This document shows, one piece after another, positions 11,178-23,102 of a stretch of DNA of 64,000 nucleotides (within the stretch, counting starts at the first letter, position 1; each line of letters begins with the position of its first letter). Below the pieces are notes generated by a model. That model worked only from the letters and a program-made list of their open reading frames with translations. It made no database searches and was not told the DNA's origin. The stretch lies in the NCBI RefSeq assembly GCF_021028975.2, contig NC_059439.1, forward strand, positions 34,038,001-34,102,000. The letters are read 5' to 3'. This DNA comes from Sphaerodactylus townsendi (Eukaryota). Made by a program: the position numbers and the translations under genes.

Positions 11178-14100
11178 TATCTTGAGGTGCGGCATGGTGT
11201 GGACTTTTTTAAAAGTAGCGATGTAAAGCTTATTAAACCACCCAATGCGTTTGACAAAGAGAAGAAATGTATTGTCGAAAGAACCTGTCAAATTTGAGAA
11301 ATTTAAACCCCAGTAAAGGGAACCCAGTACCCAAATGAAGGCAATCAATTCCAAGTCTGTATTGTAGATAACTACCGTGTTTATTGGTGAGCCAAAGCAA
11401 GTGCACAACAGCTAACAGAATCCACAGCAGTTGCAAAGATTCAAAGTACAGTTTAGGCATTCTATAGACATTCAGGTATCATAGTGACATAAAGACAGGT
11501 ATATTTTCATGTAAGCAATTTGCAGTTTTATTGAGAGTTGTTTGAATTTTTAAGGAAACCAAAAAATAGCAATTAAAATATGCACCAAAAGAGAAGGAAA
11601 ACTCTACTACGAAAAAGGGTGGGCTCCTGATTCCTTCTGCACTAATTATAATTGTAGTTCAAAATTTAACATGTTTCCTAATTAAAATAAAGAAATGTTA
11701 ATTCAATTAATTCTGACTTATTATTACTAATTTAGCCGGAGTCACACTTTTCTCAACTAGGCCCATTGTCTTATTCTCCTAGTCTTCAAACTCAGAAATC
11801 AGCTGTTGGGGTGTGTGTGTGTGTGTGCGTGTGTGCGCGTGCGCATGCGCGTGCGTGTTTTAAGCAAAAAGTCTACCAGGGCTTTCCAGCTATTGATGAA
11901 CTTAATTCAGTCTCTTTGGAGGCCATTTTTTCTCCATCTCCTCAATTCTTCATGGGCAGGAGGTTGGAACTGTGGTTGGTCAATCCTCACCTGAGCTAGT
12001 AAATGAGAGACCTGAACCCATTTGGGTAGATTTCACATGAAGAGTCATGTGATCCCTTTCTTCACCCATGTGACCACTACAGTATCTTGCAACCATTAGT
12101 GGAAATGTGGCCTGTCAACCAGCCCTGCCCTTTCTGTCTGTCTGTCTGGTTGCAAAAATAACTTGCATTTTTGAAGGCCTACTCAAGTGGCCACTGATCA
12201 GATGTTAGGCTTGCCAACAGATCTTGCAAAAATGCCCATTCTCATTTCCTGGTGGGCTTCAGATGAAACAAAGAAAATATGCTGTTCTTCTCCCTTGCCA
12301 AAACAGGGTAAATAAACTGAACGTGTGCATCATGGAAGTAAATAAACAATGTAAAACTAACAGCGCCATCCTACGCAGAGTGAGAATCTTCCAAGTATGT
12401 TAAAGTGTATGGGCGTAGAAGGGGACAACTCAGTGTGAAATTGCCCTGCAAGGAACTTTCCCCCCAAACAGTTAATTATTGAGTTTGCTCAACAGCCCCT
12501 AGAGGTAAAGCTAACAAACAACTTAACGATTAACCATTCCAAGATATCAAGGGACTGGAGCAATCCCAGGGAAGCAGATCTACAGTCTTTATCAGCTACT
12601 TAAAGGACCATGATACAGTTCCAGAAAGGGGTGGATAGATTGCTGTCAGGTTTTTCAAAGCTGAGATTTCTTAGGCAGTGAAAGAAGCCAATTTGTGTGG
12701 ATTCTCACTTTTGAAGTAACTGCAGACTGCTTGGAGGAGCATTGGTCAAAACCGTTTACCAAACTGGCCTCCTAGACCAAGAGTCTACACTTTGAATGCA
12801 TGAATTTCTCTATATTTCCAGTTAAAGGATCTCCATGAACCAGATTTCTCTATTCGAAAGCTTAGAGAGATGCAGCTAGGCATTTTTTCAGTATAAAGCC
12901 AGTGTGATGTAGTGTTAAAAGCAGTGGACTCTAAACTGAAGAGCTGGGTTCGATTCCCCACTCCTTCACGTGAACACTGGCCTCTAGTCTGGTGACCTGG
13001 GTTTGTTTCCCTGCTTCTCCACATGGAGCAACCTTGGACCATTCATGGTTCTTCAGAACTCTCCCATCCCCACCTGCCTAACAAGGTCACCACTCTGGGG
13101 AAGGGAAGGATTATACAGAGCTGCATGGGGCAACTTTTCCTCAGTGCCTGTGGGTAGATCTTGAAAAACCCCGGGAGAAACATGGAGGTAAAATAAGATT
13201 CTACAATTTGGGATTGGATTATGGGGAGCAGATTTCCATTTGCTGTTTTGGTTGTCATGGGCACAGTAAATTGAATTGAACTGAAGAAGAGTTCAGCCTT
13301 GACGTGTTATTCTACTGGAACTTGCACTGACCTCAAGGCCTAAGTTTGTCAAGAGGGGGCATTCCCCTCCCCACACACATTTTGGTCTTTAGAAAAATGC
13401 AAAAAATGCAGGAGTTCTCAATGATTTTTCCTTTTTAATTTCCATTGCTACAGTCACTACCACTACACAATACAAGTAGACAGGGAAATGGGATCACACA
13501 TCCTAGAATAAGAAGATTAGATTGGGTTTATACCCTGCTTTTCTCTCCCGTAAGGAGTCTCATGGTGGCTTACAAACGCTTTTCCTTCCTCTCATCACAG
13601 CACACACCTTATGAGGTAGGCCGGGCTGAGAGAGTTCTGAGAGAACTGTGTCTAGCCCAAGGCCACCATCAGCCTCCATGTGCACAAGTGGGGAAACAAA
13701 CCTAGTTCACCACAGCAGAGTCCTGCCACTCATGTCAAGGAGTGGGGAATCAAACCCAGTTCTCCAGATTGGAGTCCACCACTCTCAACCACTACACCAC
13801 GACAGCACCAAACACATTTAGTCTAATGTTGGTGTAGAACCTATGTATGCAGGCCCTGTCCCCTTTGTCCAAAAGCCTAGAAAACCAATATTCTTAGCTC
13901 GCGAATGGGTTGGATCCAGAGCAAAAGAAGTGGAAATCTAAGAAAAGAATCATTGTAGCTGCTTGCATTTACTGTATCCCCGCTGGCGTTTCTAGTTGCT
14001 CACAAGCTTATGCAAGCAAGCAGCTCCTGAGAAATTATATGTGTTAAGAACATAAGAACAAGCCAGCTGGATCAGACCAGAGTCCATCTAGTCCAGCTCT

Positions 14101-15283
14101 CTGCTACCCGCAGAGACCCACCAGGTGCCATTGGGAGCTCACATGCAGGATGTGAAAGCAATGGATTTCAAGGTTGTTGCAGAAGATTTTACACAACAGA
14201 CGCCTTTGTCAGGTTGGTGGATCTGAGAGAGTTCTCAGAGAACTGTTACTGGCCCAAAGTCACGCAGCAGGCTTCTGGTGAAGGGGTGGGGAAACAATTC
14301 CAGTTCTCCAGGTTAGCGTCTGCCGCTCATGTGTAGGAATGGGGCATCAAACCCAATTTTCCAGATTAGAATATGCCTGCTCTTATCCACCACATTGTGC
14401 TGGTAGTGCTTTGGTTAGGTAAAGATCTGAGAGGCTTAAATTCCCAACCTTAATCTACCATGGAATGTGTTAGGACAACAAGAATGCATCACGATTTCAT
14501 CCCAGCCCTCATCCAACTCCCAGACCAGTTGTGATGATAAAGGAAGGAAGAACAAGCTATTTACATCTGTATGGTGAATAGAGTTTCCTTGCATATGGCC
14601 TTAAGCCTTTACAAAATATTGTAAACTAATTTCACATTTTATAAAATACATACTATCATTAAAATTAGAATCACAGAAGTACAAATTATACCAAATCAGG
14701 AATTCGGCTGATTCGGCTAGAACAAAAATTTTACAGCCGAATCAAGCTGCATCCGAATTTTACTGATGTTTTTCAGCATCGCTCAAGCTTATAAATAACC
14801 TTAAAATGATTTTTAAAAAACATAACACCGTCAGGGCATCCAATCAACCAATAAGATCAATTTTGGGTAACTGCTCTCATAGACACTAGATTGTCCCTTA
14901 TTTTCCTAGCTGCCAACTTACACCTGTGTAAGGAGAGAACAATATGTTTTTCTTTAATGAAACCTGCAGGGAGGAGCCAGAAATGCAAAAAACAGTCTCC
15001 ACCCATAATATCTGGAAGGCAGTTCTTCTTCACTATACTCTGTCTCAGAAAAAGATGTTCGTACGGTCAGTTGAGGTGCAGGGGTCAAGAAAATGGTATG
15101 CTTCCGTATTAGAATATAGTCCCGAACGAATACGATAATTCATTTTTATTCACTGCCTTAGTCAAAACTATTATTTTGTGCATTATTGAACATGGTACTT
15201 TGATATGGTAAACTGAATGACAAAATGTATTTTTACTTGCAAATGGATGGGCGGTGGGGAGCAATACTAGGTAGGCACTAGAA

Positions 15284-15798
15284 CAGTGGCGGTGAACCTT
15301 TTTGAGACCAAGTGCCCAAATTGAAACTCAAAACCCACTTATTTATCGCAAAGTGCCAACACGGCAATTTAACCTGAATACTGAGGTTTTCATTTAGAAA
15401 AAGCGGTTGGCTCCGAGGCGTGCGTTACTTGGGAGTAAGCTTGGTGGTAGTCGGTGGCTTTGCTTTGAAGCAACCATGCAACTCTTCCAATGGGTGAATC
15501 ACGATCCTAGGAGGGTTTACTCAGAAGCAAGCCCCATTGCCAGCAACTGAGCTTACTCCCAGGTAAAGGATCACGCTTTTGTTCTTCACATCAAAATCAG
15601 TGAGGTTTAACATCGCTTAACAGGGTTACCTACACTTCCCCAAAACTAGGTCTTAGGTTTAATGCTAATAATTGAGTCCAGCGGCCCAGGCCAGCCTAGA
15701 TGTGTGTGTGTGTGGGGGGGCGACTCTGTTTGTGCGTGCCCACAGAGAGGGCTCTGAGTGCCACCTTTGGCACCCATGCCCTAGATTCGCCACCACTG
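15284..15798 (+). mobile_element. Non-autonomous hAT DNA transposon (~515 bp)
   Basis: Terminal inverted repeats (TIRs) cagtggcgg.../...caccactg; 8-bp TSD cactagaa; same family at 47682-48193 and 56160-56649. Confidence 0.88.
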
Positions 15799-16310
15799 CA
15801 CTAGAAGAAGAAGAAGAAGAGTTTGGATTATACCCCACCTTTCTCTCTTGCAAGGAGACTCAAGGTGACATACAAACTCCTTTCCCTTCCTTTCCCCAGA
15901 ACAGACACGTGGTGAAATAGGAGGGGCTGAGAGAGTTCTGAGAGAACCGTGAGTAGCCCAAGGTCCCCCAGCAGGAACAGAGGAGTGTGGAAACACATCT
16001 GGTTCACCAGATAAGCCTCCGCCACTCAGGTGGAGGAGTAGGAAACCAAACTCAGTTCTCCAGATTAGAATCCACCTGGTCTTTACACTACACCACCCTG
16101 GCTTTCTAGGATACAGGCAGAGCGTTCTACCACAAAGAAGGTCCAGCATGTTGAGTTCTGTGGAGGAGGAATGTACAACACCACCAATACCTTTTCTGAG
16201 ACAGACTATACCGTATTTCAGACAATGAAGCGGTGCTTCTTCTTTTAGGATGAACCCTTTCTGAAAAATGTCTTTCTCTCCTTTCTCTGCAGGCAGGAGC
16301 CCAGGATAGC

Positions 16311-17252
16311 ATGAACATCACCTCTGTCACACAGTTCAACTTGGTGGGACTTTCCAACAACCGCAAGATTCAGATTGTGCTGTTCGTGGTCCTCCTCCTC
16401 CTCTACTTGCTTACCGTCATGGGGAACCTGATCATCATCATGTTGATTCAGGTGGATTCCCACCTCCAGACCCCCATGTACTACTTCTTAACACACCTTT
16501 CCAGCCTGGAAATCTGCTACATCAGTAATTCGGTGCCTCAAGCGCTAGCTCACCTGCTAGCTGGCAATGGAGCCATCTCCTTCACCCGTTGCACCTTACA
16601 GATGTACGTTGGATTAACAATGGGCAGCACTGAGGGCCTTCTGCTGGGTGTCATGGCCTACGACCGGTACTTGGCCATCTGCCACCCTTTGCTTTATGTC
16701 ATCGCCATGGGCAGGTGGCGCCGGGTGCAGCTGGCTTCGGGCGCTCGGGCAGGTGGCATCTTTCTCTCCACATTGAATGTGGGCTGCACCCTTCGCCTCC
16801 CTTTCTGCGGCCCCAACCGTGTCAACCACTTTACCTGTGAGCTGCCGTTCGTTCTGAAATTGGCATGCGCTGACACCCGAATGACAGAGGCGGTCATCTT
16901 TGGGGCAGCGGTTGTGATCCTCGTGGTTCCCCTTTCGGTCATCCTGACGTCTTACAGCCTCATTCTGGCCTCTGTTTTGCAAATGCCGTCAGCGTCCGGA
17001 CGGCACAAAGCTTTCTCCACTTGTGTGTCTCACTTGGCTGTGGTCGTCTTGTTCTACGGCACAGTCATCTCAATGTACATGAGACCTCGGTCGGGCACAG
17101 CTACCGACGTTGACAAGAGAACTGCCGTCTTTTATGTTTTGGTCACCCCTCTACTCAACCCCTTCATTTACACCCTGCGGAACAAGGATGTCCATAATGC
17201 AGCGGTTAAAGTGTTCCAAAGATGGGTCTTCAAAACCAAGTTACAACGTTAA
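16311..17252 (+). CDS. Olfactory receptor, class II, array copy 3 (313 aa, open frame)
   Basis: All OR motifs present; close paralogue of copies 1-2 but with TM4 W->R (GAWAG->GARAG) and QFIL->QFNL. Confidence 0.93.
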   Translation: MNITSVTQFNLVGLSNNRKIQIVLFVVLLLLYLLTVMGNLIIIMLIQVDSHLQTPMYYFLTHLSSLEICYISNSVPQALAHLLAGNGAISFTRCTLQMYVGLTMGSTEGLLLGVMAYDRYLAICHPLLYVIAMGRWRRVQLASGARAGGIFLSTLNVGCTLRLPFCGPNRVNHFTCELPFVLKLACADTRMTEAVIFGAAVVILVVPLSVILTSYSLILASVLQMPSASGRHKAFSTCVSHLAVVVLFYGTVISMYMRPRSGTATDVDKRTAVFYVLVTPLLNPFIYTLRNKDVHNAAVKVFQRWVFKTKLQR

Positions 17253-17262
17253 TACCTGGAGA

Positions 17263-17570
17263 CCTGGCATGGTGTGGTGGTTAAGAGCAGTGGACTATAG
17301 TCCGGAGAACTGGGTTTGTTTCCACACTGCTCTACATGAGCAGCAGACTCTAATTTGGTGGACTGGATTTGTTTTCCCGCTCCTACAAATGAAGGTTGCT
17401 GGGTGACCTTGAGCTAGTCACAGTTCTCTCAGTTACTGTCTTGGTTGTTGTTGAGAGAACTCTATCAGTCCCACCTACCACACAAGGTGTCTGTTGTGAG
17501 GAGAGGAAAGGAAGGTGGTTGTAAGCTGACACTCTTTAGGAAAGCCTGGTATAAACCCAAACTGTTCTTC
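17263..17570 (+). mobile_element. Squam3-like SINE in the 3' UTR of OR copy 3
   Basis: ggtgtggtggttaagagcagtggact...gggtgaccttgagctagtcaca...tataaacccaaactgttcttc. Confidence 0.75.
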
Positions 17571-17577
17571 TATGCTA

Positions 17578-18243
17578 GTGCTATAGAAGGAATAGCTCAG
17601 AAATTCAGCCCTTGACTATAAATGGAGATCAAGTGGAGCGGGTGGCTAGTTTTACATTTCTGGGCATTAAGATTAAAGAGGACCTGATCTGGGGCGTACA
17701 GACTGCCGCGGTGGTTAAGAAGGCCCAGCAAAGACTGTACTATCTGAGACTTTTAAGGAAACAACAACTGAATGGAAAACTCCTGGTGTCCTTTTACCGC
17801 TGTGCTATAGAGAGTGTGTTAACCTACTGCATCTGTGTATGGTTCTCCAGTTGCACAGTGGCAGCTAGGAGGGCGCTCCAAAGGGTGATCACTACTGCAC
17901 AGAGGATTATCGGCGGCCCTCTCCCCTCCTTGGAAGAATTCTATAATTCCCGAAGCCTAAAGAAAGCCCAAAATATTCTGAGAGACCCGTCTCATCCAGC
18001 ACACTCTCTTTTTGAACTGTTACCATCCGGCAGGACAAAGAGGCTTAGAGACAGCTTCTACTCTAGAGCTGTGGTGGTGCTGAACTCCGCGGCTTCGTGT
18101 TGATGTGTTTGGGGCTGTGTAGGGATGGATGGAGGAAGGGGAAAGTGAGGATGGGGTATGAGTCTGAAATTGTGTGCATCGAGGAATGCTGCTGTAAATT
18201 TCGTTGTGCGTGCACAATGACAATAAATGCTTATGCTTATGCT
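17578..18243 (+). mobile_element. Rex1/Babar LINE, 5'-truncated
   Basis: ERVASFTFLG...[11 protein letters not shown]...[18 protein letters not shown]...[16 protein letters not shown]; (ATGCTT)n tail. Confidence 0.85.
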
Positions 18244-18349
18244 AGACGTTTCTGAGTCACTTTGAGACTCCTTACAGGAGAGAAAGGGGGGTATAAGTCC
18301 AAACTCCTCCATTACCCATGAATTCCTTCTATTATTCCTTTCGTTGTCA

Positions 18350-19246
18350 GCAGCCAATGGGGTTACAGGCCAGAGACGTATGTTATATGTTAGGAAGAAA
18401 GATTAAGGAGCGATTATTTGATCAGGAATAGCAATCATCAATTGGTAAAGCAAGGAGCTTCTGTCCACCCCTCCATTTTGACAGTATACCCGGGAAATGT
18501 CAGATAGCTGATTATTAAAATATACTGTCTGACCCTAAACTGAGATGGGTAATCACCAGGGCAAGAATCAACACGTTCCCTCTCACGTTATCTCTAGAGA
18601 GGTTTCTGAAATCTGCATATCGGAAGCGTGCTTGCACTTGCTGCCAAACTCTCGAAGAGTTGCTTGAGCACACCCTGTTGGTTTGCCTGAAATTCATGGG
18701 ATTTATACCCAACTATTTTCTCCTGGCAGGCCCCTGTTCCCTTAATTCTATACTGAACTACCTCTTGAATAACCAGGATCCTGTAATGTTGGAAATGGTG
18801 GCCAAGTTTCTGACTAAGGGCGTTTCCCCACTCACCCCGATCCCCCCAGCGCGCGGCATCCCTGGTGTGCGCCCGGGAGTCCCCATGACCCCGCAGAGCG
18901 CGCGGTCATCAAAAGGCTCTGTTTTCTCCAGCGCCAGGGATGCTGCGCGCTGAGGGGGCGCGACAGCGGCAGCATCGGGGCGGCTGCGCTGTCGCCGCCC
19001 ATGTTGTGGGGAGTACCCCAGGACCCTGCGCTACTTGAGGAGAGTAGCGCAGGGCTTAAGGTAAGTGAGGAAAGGCCCTAACACTCTGAATTCCTTGGTT
19101 TTCTTCTTCTTCTTTTCCTGTTTATATGAACCTCCATGAATGCTGGATATGTACGTATACATTTTTTTTGCAGCTACTTCATTTTGTTTGTTTCTACTCT
19201 GTTGATGTTCTATTTTGATGCCTAATAAAGGTTTCTGGTCTGATCT
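18350..19246 (+). mobile_element. RTE-X-like LINE 3' fragment (C-terminal Cys/His knuckle) interrupted by a MITE
   Basis: TRARINTFP...ACTCC...EHTLLVC...VAKFL; ends atgcctaataaaggtt plus a short repeat. Confidence 0.55.
18818..19078 (+). mobile_element. PIF/Harbinger-like MITE (GC-rich, ~260 bp)
   Basis: TIRs gggcgtttccccact / agtgaggaaaggccc; 3-bp TSD TAA; second copy at 60631-60898. Confidence 0.8.
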
Positions 19247-19369
19247 AGGAAGAAAGACTTCCATGAACTCGAGTCATCCCATGGCAAGACCGTTGGAAGG
19301 GAGAGGAGCAAGTCAAGGGTGGCCTCTCCAAAAGAGCTGTGGAGAGCTCCGGCCCTCAGTTTTCCAGGA

Positions 19370-19660
19370 AAACATAAGAACATAAGAACAAGCCAGCTGG
19401 ATCACACCAGAGTCCATCTAGTCCAGCTCTCTGCTACTCGCAGTGGCCCACCAGGTGCCTTTGGGAGCTCACATGCAGAATGTGAAAGCAATGGCCTTCT
19501 GTGGCTGTTGCTCTCGAGCACCTGGACTGTTAAGGCATTTGCAATTTCAGATCAAAGAGGATCAAGATTGGTAGCCATAAATTGACTTCTCCTCCATAAA
19601 TCTGTCCAAACCCCTTTTAAAGCTATCCAGGTTAGTGGCCATCACCGCCTCCTGTGGCAG
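19370..19660 (-). mobile_element. CR1 LINE 3' end
   Basis: (CATAAGAA)n tail; reverse complement of the 3' UTR of the CR1 at 29650-29848; similar fragments at 14045-14165 and 42210-42400. Confidence 0.8.
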
Positions 19661-20771
19661 AAATGTGGCAGAGAATTCACTACCATGGGGGGAAATTTAA
19701 ATTCCAGGAAAGGGAGCCCAGTACCCATATCAAGGCAATTGATTCAAAGTCTTTATTCTAGAAAACTACCATGTTTATTGGTTAGCCCAAGCAAGTGCAC
19801 AACAGCTAAAAGAATCCACAACAGTTGCAAAGCTTCAAAGCACAGTTTAGGCAACTTTAGACATTCTGGTACGATAGTGACATAAAGACCGGTACATTTA
19901 CCTTTAAGCAATTTACAGTTTTATTGAGGGTTGTTTGAATTTTTAAGGAAACCAACCAATAGAAATTAAAATATGCCCCCAAAGAGAAGAAAAACTCTTG
20001 GCTCCTGATTTCTTCTGCACCAATTATAAATGCAGTTGAAAATTTAACAATTGTTTCCTAATCAAAATAAAGAAAATTTAATTCAATTAGTTCTTACTTA
20101 TGATTACTAAATTAGCAGGAGTCACACTTTTCTCTACTAGGTCCGAGTCCTCAAACTCAAANNNNNNNNNNNNNNNNNNNNNNNNNNNNNNNNNNNNNNN
20201 NNNNNNNNNNNNNNNNNNNNNNNNNNNNNNNNNNNNNNNNNNNNNNNNNNNNNNNNNNNNNNNNNNNNNNNNNNNNNNNNNNNNNNNNNNNNNNNNNNNN
20301 NNNNNNNNNNNNNNNNNNNNNNNNNNNNNNNNNNNNNNNNNNNNNNNNNNNNNNNNNNNNNNNNNNNNNNNNNNNNNNNNNNNNNNNNNNNNNNNNNNNN
20401 NNNNNNNNNNNNNNNNNNNNNNNNNNNNNNNNNNNNNNNNNNNNNNNNNNNNNNNNNNNNNNNNNNNNNNNNNNNNNNNNNNNNNNNNNNNNNNNNNNNN
20501 NNNNNNNNNNNNNNNNNNNNNNNNNNNNNNNNNNNNNNNNNNNNNNNNNNNNNNNNNNNNNNNNNNNNNNNNNNNNNNNNNNNNNNNNNNNNNNNNNNNN
20601 NNNNNNNNNNNNNNNNNNNNNNNNNNNNNNNNNNNNNNNNNNNNNNNNTCCAGTTATTGATAAACTTAATTCAGTCCATTTTTTTCTCCATCTCCTCAAT
20701 TCTTCATGGGCAGGAGGCTGGCACTGTGATTGGCCAATCCCCACCTGAGCTCGCAAATGACAGACTTAAAC

Positions 20772-20872
20772 CAGTGGTGGGATTCAAATAATTTAACATC
20801 CGATTGTTTACAATCACCATTTTAGCAACTGGTTCTGCTCAAGTGGTGTGAACCTGCTGAATCCCACCACTG
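20772..20872. mobile_element. Short hAT MITE
   Basis: TIR cagtggtgggattc/gaatcccaccactg; 8-bp TSD acttaaac; relative at 27420-27554. Confidence 0.85.
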
Positions 20873-22157
20873 ACTTAAACCCATTTGAGTAGATTCCCCA
20901 TGCATCTTAGGAGAGTCATTTGACCCCTTCCGTCACCCATGTGACCACGACCGTATCTTGCAACCATTAGTGGAAATGTGGCCTGGGCTCACAACTTTGA
21001 ATCATCCACCAGCCCTGCCCTTCCTTTCTGTTTGGTTGCAAAAATAGTTTGCATCTTGAAGGCCTACTCAGTTGGCCACTGGTCAGATGTTAGGCTTGCC
21101 AACAGATCTTGCAGAAATGCCCATTCTCATTTCCTCGGAAGACAGGCGGGCTTCAGATAAAACACAGAAAATATGCTATTCTTCTCCCTTGCCAAAACAG
21201 GGTAAACAAACTGACTATGTGCATCATGGAAGTAAATAAATAATGTAAAACTGATAGCCCCATCCTACGCATTGTGAGAATCTTCCAAGTTTGCTGAAGT
21301 TAATGGGTTTAGAGGGGGACAACTCAGTTTGAAATTGCCCTGCAAGGAATTCCCCCCCCCAACAGCTAATTATTGAGTTTGCTCAACAGCCCCAAGAGGT
21401 AAAGCTAACAAACAACTAACAATTAGCCATTCCAAGATATCAAGGGACTGAAGCAGTCCCAGGGAAGCAGATCTACAGTCTTTATCAGCTACCTAAAAGA
21501 CCATGATACAGTTCCAGAAAGGGGTGGATAGATTGCTGTCAGGTTTTTCAAAGCTGAGATTTCTTAGGCAGTGAAAGGAGCCAATTTGTGCGGATTCTCA
21601 CATTTGAAGTAACTGCAGACTGCTTGGAAGAGCAGGGGCCAAAGCCGTTTACAAAACTGGCCTCCTAGACCAAGAGTCTACACTTTGAATGCATCAGTTT
21701 CTCTATATTTCCAGATAAAGGATCTCCATGAACCAGATTTCTCTATTCAGAAACTTAGAGAGATGCAGCTAGGCATTTTTTCAGCATAAAGCCAGTGTGA
21801 TGTAGTGTTAAAAGCAGTGGACTCTAAACTGAAGAACTGGGTTCGATTCCCCACTCCTTCACGTGAACGGTGGTCTCTAATCTGGTGAGCTGGGTTTGTT
21901 TCCCTGCTTCTCCACATGGAGCAACCTTGGACCATTCATGGTTCTTCAGAACTCTCCCATCCCCACCCGCCTAACAAGGTCAGTACTTCGGGGAGGGGAA
22001 GGAAAGGAGTTGTAAGTCAACTTTTCTTTGTCTCTCTTCTTCGCTTATGAAAGTAATGGGAGAACCCATGCCTGTTTTTTACAAGCTGCCTCATTCCTAG
22101 AGACGGCCACCGTCTCTCCTGTTCTCTCCTTTTTCCCCCTGAAAGCAAGGAACCAAA

Positions 22158-23102
22158 ATGGCGGCTCAGAACTTCACCTCCGTCACTGAGTTTGTATTGC
22201 TGGGACTCTCCAACCACCACAAGGTACAGGTTCTTCTCTTTGTGCTCATCCTCATTACTTACTTGCTCACTCTGGTGGGGAACGGAGCGGTCATCCTTCT
22301 GGTGTGGGTGGACTCCCGCCTCCACACCCCCATGTACTTCTTCCTCGCTCAGCTGGCGGGCATGGAGATGTGTTACGTCACCAACTCGTTGCCTCAGACG
22401 CTGTTTAACCTTCTGTCTGGAAACAGAACCATCTCCTTCAGAGGATGTGCAGTCCAGATGCATTTGATTTTGACCCTGGGCGGCACTGAGTGCGTTCTGC
22501 TGAGCGCCATGGCCTATGACCGCTACTTGGCCATCTGCCACCCCTTGACGTACGCAGCTGCCATGGACAGGTGGCGCCGACTGCTGCTCGCTTCCTTCTG
22601 CTGGGGAGTAGGTATCCTCCTGGCAACCATAAACGTGAGCTGCGCCTTCCGCCATCCCTACTACGGCCCCAACCGCGTCAACCACTTTGTCTGCGAGTTG
22701 CCGGTAGTGCTGAAGCTCGCACACGGTGACACGCATCTTACGGAAAGGGTTGTTTTGGGCACAGCCGCGCTGATCCTTCTGGGTCCATTATCAATTATTC
22801 TGACCTCTTATGGACTCATTCTGTCGTCAGTGTTACACATGAAGTCAAGAGCGGGGCGGAGCAAGGCCTTCTCCACGTGCGCCTCCCATCTCGTAGTGGT
22901 TACGGTGTTCTATGGTACAGTCATCACCATGTACATGCGACCAGGGTTGGGATCGGGTTCTGACTTTGACAAGAGAATCGCAGTCTTTTACCTTATGATC
23001 ACCCCCCTTCTTAACCCTATCATTTACACCCTGAGAAATAAAGATGTCCACGCAGCCGTAATCAGAGTGCTCCGAAGAAAAGACTCTGAACAAAAAGGTT
23101 GA
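22158..23102 (+). CDS. Olfactory receptor, class II, divergent member (314 aa, intact)
   Basis: MAAQNFTSVTEFVLLG, LHTPMYFFL, MAYDRYLAIC, KAFSTCASHL, PLLNPIIYTLRNKDV; polypyrimidine tract and acceptor at ~22115-22149. Confidence 0.95.
   Translation: MAAQNFTSVTEFVLLGLSNHHKVQVLLFVLILITYLLTLVGNGAVILLVWVDSRLHTPMYFFLAQLAGMEMCYVTNSLPQTLFNLLSGNRTISFRGCAVQMHLILTLGGTECVLLSAMAYDRYLAICHPLTYAAAMDRWRRLLLASFCWGVGILLATINVSCAFRHPYYGPNRVNHFVCELPVVLKLAHGDTHLTERVVLGTAALILLGPLSIILTSYGLILSSVLHMKSRAGRSKAFSTCASHLVVVTVFYGTVITMYMRPGLGSGSDFDKRIAVFYLMITPLLNPIIYTLRNKDVHAAVIRVLRRKDSEQKG

Larger units (their letters stand above)
1080..22025 (+). repeat. Tandem segmental duplication of an OR-containing unit (~1080-6650, ~6650-13140, ~13140-22025; window starts inside a further copy)
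   Basis: Colinear non-coding blocks recur, e.g. gaaattgccctgcaaggaa at ~371, ~5963, ~12438, ~21331 and aaatcaggaattcggctgattcggcta at ~2701, ~8126, ~14693. Confidence 0.92.

Noticed and set aside
3157-23093. Recurrent antisense ORFs over the OR genes
   Set aside because: Shadow frames that recur only because the OR genes are duplicated.
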